DNA of 63,930 bases, the filler included, from Hyphochytrium catenoides (lineage: Eukaryota; Protista; Hyphochytriomycota): NCBI GenBank assembly GCA_900088475.1. It is 12 parts of 12 records of this genome, joined end to end, with 100 filler letters (N's around TTAATTAATTAA, not from the genome) between each part and the next. Parts side by side here need not be neighbours in the genome. Positions count along the whole stretch, not along the records: positions 16,018 to 24,598 come from FLMG01004358.1; positions 24,699 to 50,309 come from FLMG01000114.1; 10 more parts are not named here. One strand, given 5' to 3'. Under the pieces are notes generated by a model, which saw nothing but the letters and a program-made list of their open reading frames with translations, did not search any database and was not told the DNA's origin. Position numbers and translations under genes: made by a program. Shown here piece after piece: positions 24,133-37,000 of the stretch (the first letter of the stretch is position 1; the number at the start of each line of letters is the position of its first letter).

Positions 24133-24598
24133 TTAGGGAGTATACACCAGAGGAGGATCGGATCATCCTGGAGCAGCAGCAGAAACTAGGAAACAAGTGG
24201 AGCCAGATTGCGGCGATGCTCCCTGGAAGAACAGAAGATGCAGTGAAGATTAGGTGGAAGAGTCTCAAGAGGCAAGAGAGGTGAGACTCTTGGAGAGAAA
24301 GACACGGCCATGGACGGCTAGACGAAGCTCTGAAGAGAGAGAGAGATACTGAGAGAGAGAGTAGTTGGTACTAAACGTCGAGAGCAGTTCGACATATTTC
24401 CTTCCACCTTTCTCCTCGATCCTTCCCTTTCTCTCTCTGTCTCTCTCCTCTTTCCATATTTGGCAAACTATGGACCTTAGCTATTCCCTATCTCTCCCAC
24501 CTTCCCCACACATTCTTTTCCTTCTCGCTCTTCTCCTCCTCACAATCTTCTTTCTTTCTCTCTCTCACTCTTCTCCTCTCTCTCTCTCTCTCTCTCTC
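16503..24598. repeat. Dense (CT)n/(AG)n microsatellite in introns and intergenic DNA (also at 25290-25690, 46119-46164, 47845-50309, 54571-56136; (CAGA)n at 62737-62770)
   Basis: Dinucleotide runs are directly visible, some over 40 nt. Confidence 0.97.
21918..24280 (+). CDS. R1R2R3 (3R)-Myb transcription factor, 3'-partial. Exons 21918-22161, 22606-22742, 23033-23116, 23409-23563, 24137-24280
   Basis: Spliced repeats: KWTPEEDESLRRAVALHGEKNWKAIADEVKDRNHTQCLQRWTKVLAPGLVK / GHWRPEEDELLKQLVAEGRKNWGQVAARIPGRTSKQCRERWYNHLDP / GEYTPEEDRIILEQQQKLGNKWSQIAAMLPGRTEDAVKIRWKSL. Confidence 0.95.
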
Positions 24599-25078
24599 NN
24601 NNNNNNNNNNNNNNNNNNNNNNNNNNNNNNNNNNNNNNNNNNTTAATTAATTAANNNNNNNNNNNNNNNNNNNNNNNNNNNNNNNNNNNNNNNNNNNNTG
24701 GCAGAGAGAGAGAGTGGGAGAAGAGAGAAAGAGACAGAGAAAAAGGGGGAAAGAGAGACATGGAAAAGAGAGAAAGAGAGAGAGACAGAGACAGAGATAG
24801 AAAGTGAACAGAAGGAAGAATAATGGCGAACAAACAGCCCTGGTTAGTCCTGAGCACGCTGATCTGGTGTGGGTAGAGGTTCAAAAGTCTTCCACCGCCG
24901 GCAATGCAATCGGCAAGAAGGCAACGTCAAGCGTTGAGAGGGGAGAAAAGGGAATAGAGGAGAAGTGCTGCTCTTTCTTTCTTCTCTCTCATAATCCCAT
25001 CCTGGTGGCTAGCTAACAATCCACATTTCTAATCTCCTAGCCTCCAGCTTCTTTTCATCCCATTCTAGCTCTTCTTAC

Positions 25079-28000
25079 CTTGAGAAGATCCACATCCACG
25101 TCCGGCTCTCCGCACACAAATCTCTGCAGCTCTGCCCAGGAGCAGAGGGAGAGAAGCTGAGACGGGATAACCTTCGAAATTCCTCTTAAAATAGCGTTCA
25201 GATGCTCGTCGCTCTCGTGAAGACGCGCTTCTTTCACAAGCTGGACGTACTCCTGACGGTTTTCCTAAGAAGAGAGAAAAAGCTCCTTGAGAACTCTCTC
25301 TCTCTCTCTCTGCCCACCCCCGTCTCTGTGTCACTTCTTGCTATCCAACCCAGAGTGAAGAGAGAGAGAGACAGAGAGAAAAAGAAACACCAGCAGAGAA
25401 TATGTCGAAAGACATCGCGAGAAAGAAGGCAGGACTGAAACAGAAAGGAACGAGATGCAAAAAAAAAGTCACGTTCAAGAGGGAGAGAGACATGCATAAG
25501 AAGAAAGAGAATGACAATGAGAGAGAGAGAGTGGGAGACAGAGAGACACAGAGAGAGACGACACGACGCGAAGAGAGAGAGAGAGAGAGGAGAGGAGAGG
25601 AGAGAGAGAGAGTAATAGAGAGCGATAGAGAGTGAGAGAGAGAGTAATAGAGAGAGAGAGCAATAGAGAGACAAAGAGAGAGAAAAGACAGGCAAGGTGC
25701 CCTTTGGTCTTACCTTAGTCACTGGGATTTGTGACCCGTTCGGGATCAAGTCTATCGTGGTGTTGTCACTGAGAAGTGTAGTGAAGGTCTCGAACATGCA
25801 CTCCTCGAACACCTGTGGCTCCACTCCCTCGATAAAGCGAAGAGAGTCACAAAGAGATTGATCAATGCCTTCTAGGTCACTCTCTGAGAAGGGCTGACCC
25901 ACCAGCGCCTTCCAGAAGAGCGGGGGAAGAGAGAGAGAGAGCTTTACGCCTGTCCGCAGACAGCAGCCAATGAGAACCCCGACAAACTCATAAACCTCTA
26001 GGAGATCTGTCCCCGCAGAACTTGGTCGAGGAAGAGAGCGGTCTCTATTCTCTCCAATATTAGCCTTATTATTAGGCGTAGGGATAAAGAGAGACGGGGT
26101 GCATCGGACCATCTCCTGTGAGACGTCGTGGAAAAATTGTCGATACGGTCCACCCTCTCCAACCACGTTCTCTCCTTGGAAGACGACCTCAAAAGCAATG
26201 AATGGATCGGCTGCTCCTTTAGGACGCGGGAGGCGCAGCCCAAGAGAGCTAACATTACGCAGCTGTTCAAAGGCTGCACCGAACATAGAGCTGTCCAGGA
26301 GAGAGCACTCCTCTGCAGCAAAAAGATAGCAAAGAGGAGAAGAGTCAGAGAAGGGGCTGCAGCGCGGCTTCGGGGTCGCGTAAAAGAGAAGTCTTCTTCT
26401 TTGCCTCATAGAATGCAGGCGCAGAAAGCGAGGGCGGTAGAGAGAGAGAGAGAGAGAGTGGGACAGAATGCTGACATGAACAGCAGAGCAACTTGAAAGA
26501 AGCGGAGGAGGACATGTTTCTATGGAGATGCTGTCACGGAGGAGCCAGAACTCACCGTCTTTGTCTCTTAGCGCAGCAATCTTGAGCCTGTCCAGGGTCA
26601 CGACAGGCCTCTTCTCTCCCTCCATGGAGGTCTTGTCAAGGATTTGGTTCCAGAACTTGAGCTTCACCGAGGTGAAGACCAAGGAGCGTACCTCCGCCAG
26701 CTGCCCAGACAAACTCCCAACACTCTCCACAGCCTTCATGTCAATAAGCGGCAGCGTAGATGAGAGAAGAGAGTTTAGACGCTGAATAGCCAGGAAGCGG
26801 AAGCGCAGGGAGGCAAGTGGGAAAGAAGGAAGCAGGGAGAATCTCCTCTCTTCTTCTCTCCCTCGAGGCCGTCGGATGTGCCCTGGAGTCAGCTCCATCG
26901 GTGAGATCATGCCCTCCTCTTGACAGATGAGAGACGCCAAGGCGACCAGCTACAGAGTACGACATAGGATAAAGATACGTCAGAAAGTGACACGGATGAG
27001 ATATGTATAGAGAGAGAGAGAAAAAGAGAGAGAGATGGGAGGCAACATGGCCATGCAAAGAAAGGAAAGACTATACTTCAGACTGTTCAACACCCAGCAA
27101 GCCCAACTCTATTAATGGTCATAGGCCACGCTCGGCACTATACCTGCTCGTCCATTCTTTTCGTCCACGCCATCTGCATCCTCGAGGCCTCTTCCCTAGA
27201 GGTAACGCTAACCCTCTCCATGCTCAGATCGTAGCCTTCACCTTGGATCCACTCATAGAAAGACATAGCGTCCTCCTTAAGCAGATCACGCTTCGTCCGA
27301 ATGAAAGCTTGCTCTCTCTCGCCAACAACTTCTTGGTCCTGGCTCCTCTTCTCCGTAGTAGGGGCAACCCGCCTCCAGTATATCTCTCTTAGTCCCTCGT
27401 CTATCTTCTCCACCTGTCTCTCTAGGATGCCTCGTAAGCAGCTAGAGAGTTTCTTATGCCGTGTACCACGACTTAATAGCTTCTCAAGTGGACGAATCCG
27501 CAAGGTACAAACCCTTGCAGTTGACGCACTGACCGTGGCGTCTGGCGCTTCCTTCGCCTCTACTGTCTCTAGCGACGAGGAGGCACTTGGAGTTACTTCT
27601 TCTTGCTGTCGTGGGGGCTCCTGAGGGCAAGGCGTCTCGCAGATGGCGCAGGCAGAGTCTGCCCAGGGGTTGAGAAAGGTGCAAGCTGGGCAGTTCCAGC
27701 CTTCCGCGGAAGTATCCACCTCTTCTGCTGTGACCACGTTCTCCTCTGCCCCTCCTTTCCCTTCTCCTTTCTGCTCCTCCGCTGCCGAAGCCTCTTGGAA
27801 GATGCCCTCTAACTCTTCGTCAAATGGCGCTGGACCCCCACTAGCATGGTCTTCCTCTTCCTCACCAACCTCCATGTCTATGTCTTTGCTTGACAGTATC
27901 TCTACTACGTCGGGCCTACCAGCATCAACCACTGCATATCCTAGAGCTCTTCCCTCTTCATCACATGGGAGGAATAACACGTTTGCCCGACAACCAAACT

Positions 28001-31000
28001 GCACTCTGTCCATCGCAAAGCCTGTATCAGGCTCAGAGGAGAGCTGAAGACCCTTTAAGGACTCCAGGATCAATCGCTGCGAGAGATGCGAGCGAAGGCG
28101 TTCTATGTCTCTTGTCCGCGGCAGCCCTTGAACCAAAAGAATCTTTTTGGCATACCAGTCCGAAGATAGAGATGAGAATATAGCCGCTACTTCCCACTCA
28201 GGCAGACGGCGAATGGGCGTCTCCCCCCTAGTCTGTCTCCCCGTAGTCTCTTCAATGAAGGCAGGCACAAGCCGAATCAAGCGACAAACCTCCTCAAACC
28301 AACCAGGCACAGGGATCGTCTCTTGTCCTGTTGCCGCCCCAAGGTGGTCCTTCTTCCTCAACGGGCTCAGCTCAAAGACCGGGCTCTGTAGGTTCTGTTG
28401 CATGTCTGATACCGATTCTTCTGCCGTCGCAATAACCTCAATGAGCTGGTGAAGATAGGACGAAAACTGTCCGTTCTCCTTCTCATAAATGGCAATCATC
28501 TCTTCCCCAAGCGAAAGAAGCCGTCCAGAGATGGTGCGGACGTCCAGCCTTGCTTCGTAGGCAAGGCGTAACGAGCGCACCAAAAGTTTGAAGACCTTTT
28601 CCTTGACAATCTTGGTCGTGTGAGGCGTGAGGACGTAGTCAATAAATGCAGAGATGACTCTTGGAATCACTATGTTCGGTTTCTCTACCCAGCCTGAGGG
28701 TAAGTGCGCCCCTACCACCTGGGAGAATAGGAGAACGTGAGGGTTGACCCAAGGTTAGAGACCAAACAGGAGACAGCGGAAAAGAAGCAGAGGAAAGAGA
28801 GACCCAAAAGCCCAAACAACGAGAGAAAGAGGGAAAAGAGGGACGTCCCAAGGCCAGATCTCCTTCGAAGAGACAGAAGCGGACCAAAAGAATCGAAGGC
28901 TAGAAGAGGATCAGAACGGAGGCAGAGGAGGCAAAAGAAAGAACTGGCAAAGAGCAGAAAGAAAAGCTGCGCGAGGGCGCACCAGATGTCCGTACCTGAG
29001 AGAGAGAGTGCTCTGATGAGGTCGAAATACTCTGATCAAAGCCATCTAACAGGTGCTCAGCGAGCCACAGCCCCAGTCCGAGCCGCGAGTCTACTGGTGT
29101 GACTGTTAGCTTGTACTGCACAGACTCTGCGTTCTCCACGCGGAGAAAGCACTCGTTCCCTGCTACTATCAGAGGCGGAAGCAGGGATAGTCCCTTCTTT
29201 CCACCATAATAGCCCCGAAGAAGCTCGGTACAAGTCTCATCTCTATAGAAGCACAGCGCAGCGCCGGGCCCTATCTCCATAAAGACCGGGTGCACGTGGA
29301 AGGATATGACTAAGGAACTGGCACCAGGGACGTGGATCCGAGAGAGAGAGAAAGGTGGCGTCTTACTCTTCTTCACAGCTGTGAAGGATGAAGTAAACTT
29401 CGCGCTCTCTCTAAGATGCTTCTCCAGCTCGCTGACAAAAAGGCCTGTCAGCTGAGAAGCGAAGCTAATCTGAGGCTCATGAAGAGACTGAGCGACGCGA
29501 GACAAGTCCTTTGGAGGGAGAGACGAACGGGAGACAGCGTCTTTCACTCCTCCAGCACCTGCCCCTCCTTGATGCCTGTGCTTTCTCTCTTTGCTAGCAG
29601 TCTTGCTTCTCTTCTTGGTTGCTAGTGATTGTTCTTCCTTCTTCCTCGCGTAGTCTTCGGAGCTGCTTTGGTACTGAAGCACGGGAGGAGAGCCACTTTC
29701 TCTCTCCTTGTGCACTAGCTGTTTGCTGATACTCCTCGCAATCGCATTCAGGAACGGCTGCTGACTCTTCCTATCTTTAGGATCTCCAGATATGAGAATG
29801 TGTTCCATGTCCAAGAGCACAGGATTCGGAAGCTCTGCAGCAGCGGCAACCTCTAAAAGTGGCCGCACACTTAGTGCCCCTTCCCCAGCAGAGACAGGCC
29901 CAAGAGAAGAAGAGACGCCCGCAGAAGAGGCGTGAATGCCGCTGTCAACAAGCGTAACCAGGAAAGGGTTCGCAGCGAGAAGTTTAAACAGCACTTCCCG
30001 GGCCAAAGCTCGTGTGAGGGCTATATGCCTGTCGACTGCCTGCAATGCAGCAATCTCCTTCCTGGGATTGGACGGTGGAGGTTGTGCCCGGATTCGCAGC
30101 GCCTGCAGGCTGTCTACTCTATACCAGAAGTGGCAGATGCGGCCGTCAAAGGGGTGGAGAAGCTGCAGCAGAACCGCGCCAAAATGCAGTTGCACTGCCC
30201 GGACAATCCCCACTCTGCCTACCGTCCAGTGGAGGGATGGCGGCCAAAGAGAGAGAGATGGCGGAGCTTTAACGAGGTAACGCTGTCCAACCTATTGCAA
30301 GAAACATATAGTAACGCAAGCACGGGTGGACGTTAGCGTCAGATGCTAGAACGAAGCCCGGAGCTACGCAGACTGACAGATCTTAGGCCAAATGTGTAAT
30401 GAGCGGAGAGCTGCGGTTTACACTTGCAGAGAAGAAGGAAATAAGGTCTCTGTGACGAACAGATAGGCAACAAAGCCCAGTCTTGCCGAGAGAAGAACTT
30501 TACATAGTGGCTTCTAATTCCTCACTTGGCTCTCACCTGTATATCATCAAGCCTCAGTGCTTTCCAGTCGGTATTCATGTCAGGGTAGACGCAGCCAGGA
30601 GGCACATGTCCATCACAGAGAGTGAAGGCAATCTTCATAGCCGCCGCCATATTCCCCTCTCGCAGAGGCTCTCTCAGCTGTGCAAAGAAATATTCCATCT
30701 CGTACGGCTTGAAGGAGCCTCTGACGTACTTCTGGATGGCCGGGATCACGTTCTTCTCCCAGTATTCTAGGAGCTTGTTCCGTCCAGGGTCCCGAGGTAG
30801 GTCTTCGATGGACGTGTAAGAGTAAAGAGAGTAAGTGTAGGAGTCTTCCTTCTCTTCTTGGGGCTCGTCAGTCTTGCAGTCGTGCATAGGGAGAGGAGAC
30901 CGGGCGGAATGGGGAGACAGAAGGTGCCAGAGCTGCTGAGAAGCAGAGAAAGTCCGCTCTTGCATCTGCACTGTATCTTCTCCTGGTCGACAACTCCTGC

Positions 31001-34000
31001 CAAGCTCTAATAGCTGCTGCAGGAGACGCGGCTGGCTCTGGAATGACACAATCACCCAAAAGAAAGAGGACAAGGTAACATGAGCCCCAAGGAAGACATC
31101 AAACAAGCTCAAGGATGTTAGATAAACATAGGAAAAGGAACAGCATAAGCCATAGCAAATGGGGTGAACAGAAGCCCTAAGAAGAGAAAGCGGGAAAGAG
31201 AACGGGCCGTACATGCAGTGTCTCGTTATTGCTAAATAATGAGTCTGCCCAACAGGGCAGAAAGTAGTCCAACGCCTTCATTCCTCGCCAGCTCAGCTCC
31301 GTCAGAGCTGCATGTGCCAGAGTAGAGAACACAGCGGAAGGTGGAGAGGTGATAGCGCCAGATTCGTGGCGGAAAGAGCTGCGAACCTCTTCGACGTAGC
31401 GCTCTGACGGTTTGATCCAGTCGCTCCGTAAAGCCAGTGTGAGAGCCTGGAGGGTCTCTGAGGTGAGGCGAGGGAAGGATAGATCTGGAGAAAATTCTGG
31501 AACGGGGAAGATCTGTTTCACGTCCACGATGACCACACAGCGCTGACTATCTTTCTCAGCGGCGCGACTTGCTGGCGGGCCAGCCTCTGCCGTCACTGCA
31601 ACTTGGGCACCCGAAGGAGAGGCAGAAGAAGAAGAAGAAAGAACGACGTGCGCCCTGTCGCTGAACTGTTGGAAGGCAATCACCTTCCCAGTCTTGCCCT
31701 TATTCGCAGGATCCATGAGCTTTACGCTTCCGCCTTCTCTAAGAGGCTCAATAAAGCCGCCTAGAACAGCAAGAGTACCTACCAAGCGGCAGTAAAGCGC
31801 GGGATCTCTCTCAACGACCGCAGCGACGGAGGAAGCGGAGCTTAACATACTGATCTCTCTCAGTCCCTTCATCACTGTTTCCCTTGTCAGCCTAGACCAA
31901 GCCTGGAGTTCTTTCTTCTCTCTCGGATCCTCCGAAGCCCCTCTCAGCAGCCAGCGCACAAGAGCTATCATCTCTGAAGCAAACGCTGCACTCGCTCCGA
32001 AGCTCTTTTCTCTCTCCTTTGGGAGCCTCTCCTCATACTCCTCGAGCATTTTATTCCTGAGCTGCACAACCTGGGGCTCTGCATCCAGTCCAGCCGTTGT
32101 AACCCCACTCGCAGGCTTCTCCCGCCTTCTTGGGTCTTCCTCCTGACCTGGCGGACGAGGAGACAGAGAGAGAAGGCACTGTAGATCCTCCCAATTCTCT
32201 TTGGGTACGACGGCAACACTCAAACCAACAGAGGCAAGCCTCTGCCCAAGAGAGAGGCATTCATCCTCAGCCCCAATGCGATAGACTATCGCCCCATCTG
32301 TGTACAGATGAGAGATAAGAACACCGACCTTCCACGCAGTCGAGCCCGGAGGCGCGGCCTCGGGGACAGGACCTCCTCCTTGTGCTCGCGAGAGAAGAGG
32401 AAGTCGTTGGCCGCTTGGCTCTTCTATCAGGAAGAAAGGGTGATCTCCGTCGTGCACCAAGCCTTCATAGCAGGTGAGACAGAGATCATAGTCTGGACAG
32501 CTTTGGCACTTATAGCGCGGTCCTTCTAAGGGACTAGCGTTGCACCCGTCACAGCGTACGCCCCTACAAGTACATGAGAGAGGGAAAGAAGACGTTGAGC
32601 ACCTTTTCAAGTAGAACCGCAGAGGAAAGTAAAAGGCTAGAAGGAGGGTGAGAGAGATGAGCGTCTAGTTGGCTAGTAGATGAGTCAGACGGAATGAGCC
32701 GAACAAAACCGAAAGCGGGCTCCCCAGTAAAGAGACAGAGCACAAGCAGAAGATATCCTTTGCCCCATAGAGATGTGTCTCTGTTACCTGTGGGCAACTT
32801 TCCCTGCTCCTGCACGGGGCTTCGGTTTCTCCTTCTCGGCCAACAGCTTGGGATCTGGAGTCAAGTCAGGGCGAAGTGGATCGCCCTCAGCCTCCAGAAG
32901 AGAGATCCATCGCTCGAGAGGGAGATCAACGCCGTTGTGAACAACAACTGCAAACGAACTGGCGCTCTCTGTCACGGTCTCCGCCTGCTCCTCAGCATCT
33001 CCTCTTCCTACACGCATAGCATTACATGCCTCTCCTATCGAAGAGAGCAATAACTCCAGCAGCATGCTAGGGGAGCTTGGGAATGAAGAACGGATAGGAG
33101 AAAGTGAAAAGAGCTGCAGGCTCTCCTCAGTGGCTGGACCTTGCCCTGCAAAAGCCTCTCTAGCCAGTCTCACAACTATTAGTTGCGTGTGGGACGCAAA
33201 GAGAGAATTGTGGACAAGAAGAGAGAGGAAGAACGTGCTCCACTTCTCTTTGCCCAGTGCCCTTTGCACCGCGTTAGCCTTGATATTCGCTAGAAGAAGC
33301 TCTAGATACCGGGCAAACGTCATCTCATCAAAGGTCGTTCCTCCGTCGCCTTTCTCAGCCTGCTGAGTGTTAAGAGCTGTGGAGAACAGAGAGGAAAGGA
33401 TGCTGAACATCGCGTCAAGAATGTTATCTTCCTGTTTCTCTCGGGAAGAGAGCTTCATTCTTTCCTCAATGGTCAATTCGGATGTCTCTCGCTCTCTCCC
33501 GTGTCGTCTCGAAGACGAGAGCCAGCAGATTTTCATGAATAACAGCCCCACAATAGTCCAGCGACTGTCTCTCAGCAGCAAATCCGTGTACTCCACGTGG
33601 TCTGCCATTGGAAACAACTTCAAACGGCTAACTCCCAGCGAACGAGAGGAAGGTTGAAGAGGAGGTGAGGAGGCGAAAGACACGAGAGAAGAGAGAAGGT
33701 CGCTGTCCCTCAAAAGTGCTAGATCTTGCACCCGGAAATCAATGGCAGCGACGTCCGATGCAGCTAAGACTCTTGAGAGCAGCGGAATGCGCTCGTCCAC
33801 CATAACAGAGCGTAGAGAGCTCAATAGCTGGCAGAAACTGCGACGGGAGAGACATGGGCAGAAGGAAGGTAAGGAGATCCCAAAGAAAGAGAGTGTGAGC
33901 GGCGAAGAAAGGGAGAGACCGAGCAAATCATCGCTTTCTCCGAAATGGTTGCACATTATGATGGAAAGAACGGAAGATGTATCTAGCGCAGCGATGTCCG

Positions 34001-37000
34001 TGTCTAGTTCTCTAATCTGTCTCACCTGCTGATGACTACCCTTGCTAGGTTCCTGCCGCAGAGGTTGATGAAGTTGCTAAAATGTACATCCATATCCGGC
34101 AGAGGAAGCGAAAGCACAAGCCCGTCCTCTCCTTCTGTCTTCTCTTTGCCCGTGCTCTCCCATATGGGGCCCGCCAAAGCTGCTCTGAGTCTCCCGAAAA
34201 GATGCTGGCGTATCGAGTGGAAGGAGACTGTGGAGGCCAGCCGGTTCAGAAGCCTGAAGCCACAGCTGCAGAGGTGAAGAAAAGATTAGGAACAAGACAG
34301 ATATGGGTGAGGAGGATAGACCGTTCTAGTTCTACACTATTTCTCTCTCTCTCTTTCTCCCCTAAATGCCCGTTGTCCCCTCCTCTTTCTCCCTTTCTAT
34401 TCTCAGCCTCTTCAAGCGAGTTCCCGTCACCGCATTGAACTCGCTGTCTTGTCTTCCCTTTCTCTCGTGCTATCTTTTTTACCATACCCTTACCTACTCC
34501 TCTCCTTCGTCATTTCCGTAATCACTTCGTACCTGCGATAGTAGCCCCGTTCCTTGTGATACTTCACGCTCTTCAAAATGTCTGAGGGATCCATCGAGTC
34601 TGCTCGGAGAAAGGCCGAGACAGAGAAGAGTGGAGAAGATGTCTGCGCCGTCTGACCCGATCCTTCACCGCTCTCCCACCTCTTCCAACGCTGATAGGAC
34701 TCCAGCCATACTCGCAGATTATCAACCCTCGTGCTGAGCTCCTTGTTCTGCTCTTCTTTGGGCTTGGATGGCGAGGACGGCTGCTGTGAGAGCGAGCGGG
34801 CCAGCGAAGGACGCTCGAGGGCAACGGAGAGACTGGGCCGAGCTACAGAAGAGTCTCTGGAAGACGGCCGGCGCGGCTCTCTGTGGGAGAGAGCGCGGGC
34901 TAGAGCTATGTGAGGGACAGCAGGCACCACCTCGCTTTCACCCGGGAGCGAGACAGAGGAAGCAAGCACGTTGCTGTCTTCTTCCCAGAAGGAGCTATCT
35001 CTGGCGTGAAAGAGCAGCAGCAGCTTTGCCCGACGGCCGACATCTAAAACAATGTCAAGTGGGATTTTATCCGCATCATCCACCTGCTGGCTCTCTCTCT
35101 CTCTTTCCCTTAGCTTCTCCGCTTCGCTCTCTATGTGCTTTTGCAAGCTACGCAGCGTCTCTCCGACATCTGAAGAATCATAATCTAGTTTCCTCAACTG
35201 GCAGATCTCCTTCAGAGCCTGAGGGTTCCCAGCATAACGGTCTGATAGCACTTCCAATGGCTCCAGGCCCGAGAGAGAGGAGGAGATCAGGTGCTTCCAC
35301 TCTCTCTCTAATTGTGACCTTCTCAGCATCCAGCGTGTTATGTCATCACTCTTCCTGGCCACCACTTGCAACCGAGCCAGCAGACTAGACAGTTTGCTGT
35401 CTTTGAGCTGAGAGGTTGGAAAGTGTCTCTCTTGGGATGGCTTCTTATCTTTCTCTCCATAACCTGACAGCTTCTCCAGCGAAGATAGATTGTCTGATAG
35501 TTCCTTAGCGAGGTCCGTGTGCTTGAGAAGAGCGGCAGAGCACTGACGGAGGGTGCGGAGCCACTGTTCTCGAAGGGAAGAAGAAAAGTTGCCCGGCAGC
35601 CGTACACGGGAAAAGCTCTGGAGGAGAGACGCGACAACCTCTCCTCTCTCTCCCCCTTCCACCATCTCCACCAGGACGCGGTCACTCTCTGTGGCGGAGG
35701 GAAAGGGGATCTCTTCCAAATTTAGTTGACGTTCCCCTGTCTCGTCCTTAAGCTCCTCTGCTAGCCCGGCCTCAAAGAGAGAAGAGGTGAGCCAGCCTCC
35801 ACACCGTGCCTCAAAAGGGGAGAGAGATGCTCCAGCGATGAGCTTGGACGTCATAACACAATGCACTTCCACTGCTATATTTTCTATTTCCAGCAACCAA
35901 GGAAGGCTCTCATAGCGGAGAGGAGAGACAGTACAACGTAAGCCCCACCTTGTTCTCTCTCTTTCGCCCCCTTCTCTCGCATGAGAAGTCGCCGTAAAGA
36001 CGATCGTCAGCTTATTTCCAGGAACAAACAATGGCCTGGTGGGCCAGAGATTCTCCTGCTCACTCTCTCCATGGCCCCAGAAGAAAGCCTCAGTAAACCT
36101 CTCTCTCTCTCCTCCCGCTGCCCCGCTTTCTCCGCAGAAAATCTGTACATTGTCCCCTTCCCCTGCGGTGGCACAACGAGGATCAAAGTCAATCCTCAAG
36201 CCCATCGCACCTGGGAAGTGCAGCGATTCTGAGAGAACAGGTTGTCCTCTGCCATACGGGTGAGCAGACTCGACGACGACCCTCTCCCACGAGAAAGAAG
36301 AAAGGTGTCTCTGCTGGTACTCTATGTCTGCTTGGCACACAGAAGAGAGAGGGGAAGAGGGGCAGTATAAGCGCCGATTGCAGAGATCAAGCGTCCGGAA
36401 GAAACCGAAGACTTCCTCGCTGAGTTCCTGACACCAGGACTGCGAAGCTCTGGGGATGATGGTCCGCCAGAAAGAGAAAAGAGATGGAAGAAGTGCAGCT
36501 ATGAAGCTCTGCTGCAGCAAGGACAGAGAAACAGTCCTGTTCTTCTCTAGGAGAGAAGAAGAGGCACTCAGAAGACTCTCCGCTCGATTGAGAACCATCA
36601 GGATATAACCCGCAAAGGCATCTAATGCTGCTTCCGGCGTGATATCTGCCTGTTCTCCTTGGGGTCTACGCTCTTCCGCATCTCCACCCTGTCTTGGACT
36701 CTCCAGCGGCTTCAGGGCATCTGATATGACATATTAGCTTGAGAGGGTCCGCAATGTAGACCAAAAGCAGAATGTGAAGAGAGAGCCAACCTAAAAAGAA
36801 ACACACAGGAAAGAGGAAGACAAGAGACACACACGACAGAGAATGGCACAAGGCAGAAGCGAGCCATGGCAGAGAGACACACACGTACTCGTAGGAGGCG
36901 AATCGCCTTAGCAATTGAATGACAGAATGCCAATGACGTGACTTGGGAGCAGAAGAAGATCCCAGAAGGCAGAAGGAAGGCGAGAGGGCAGCACTAAGAG

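Noticed and set aside
17362-24598. Many ORFs rich in LSLSLS or ERERER
   Set aside because: They are translations of (CT)n/(AG)n tracts, which lack stop codons, and lie in introns or intergenic DNA
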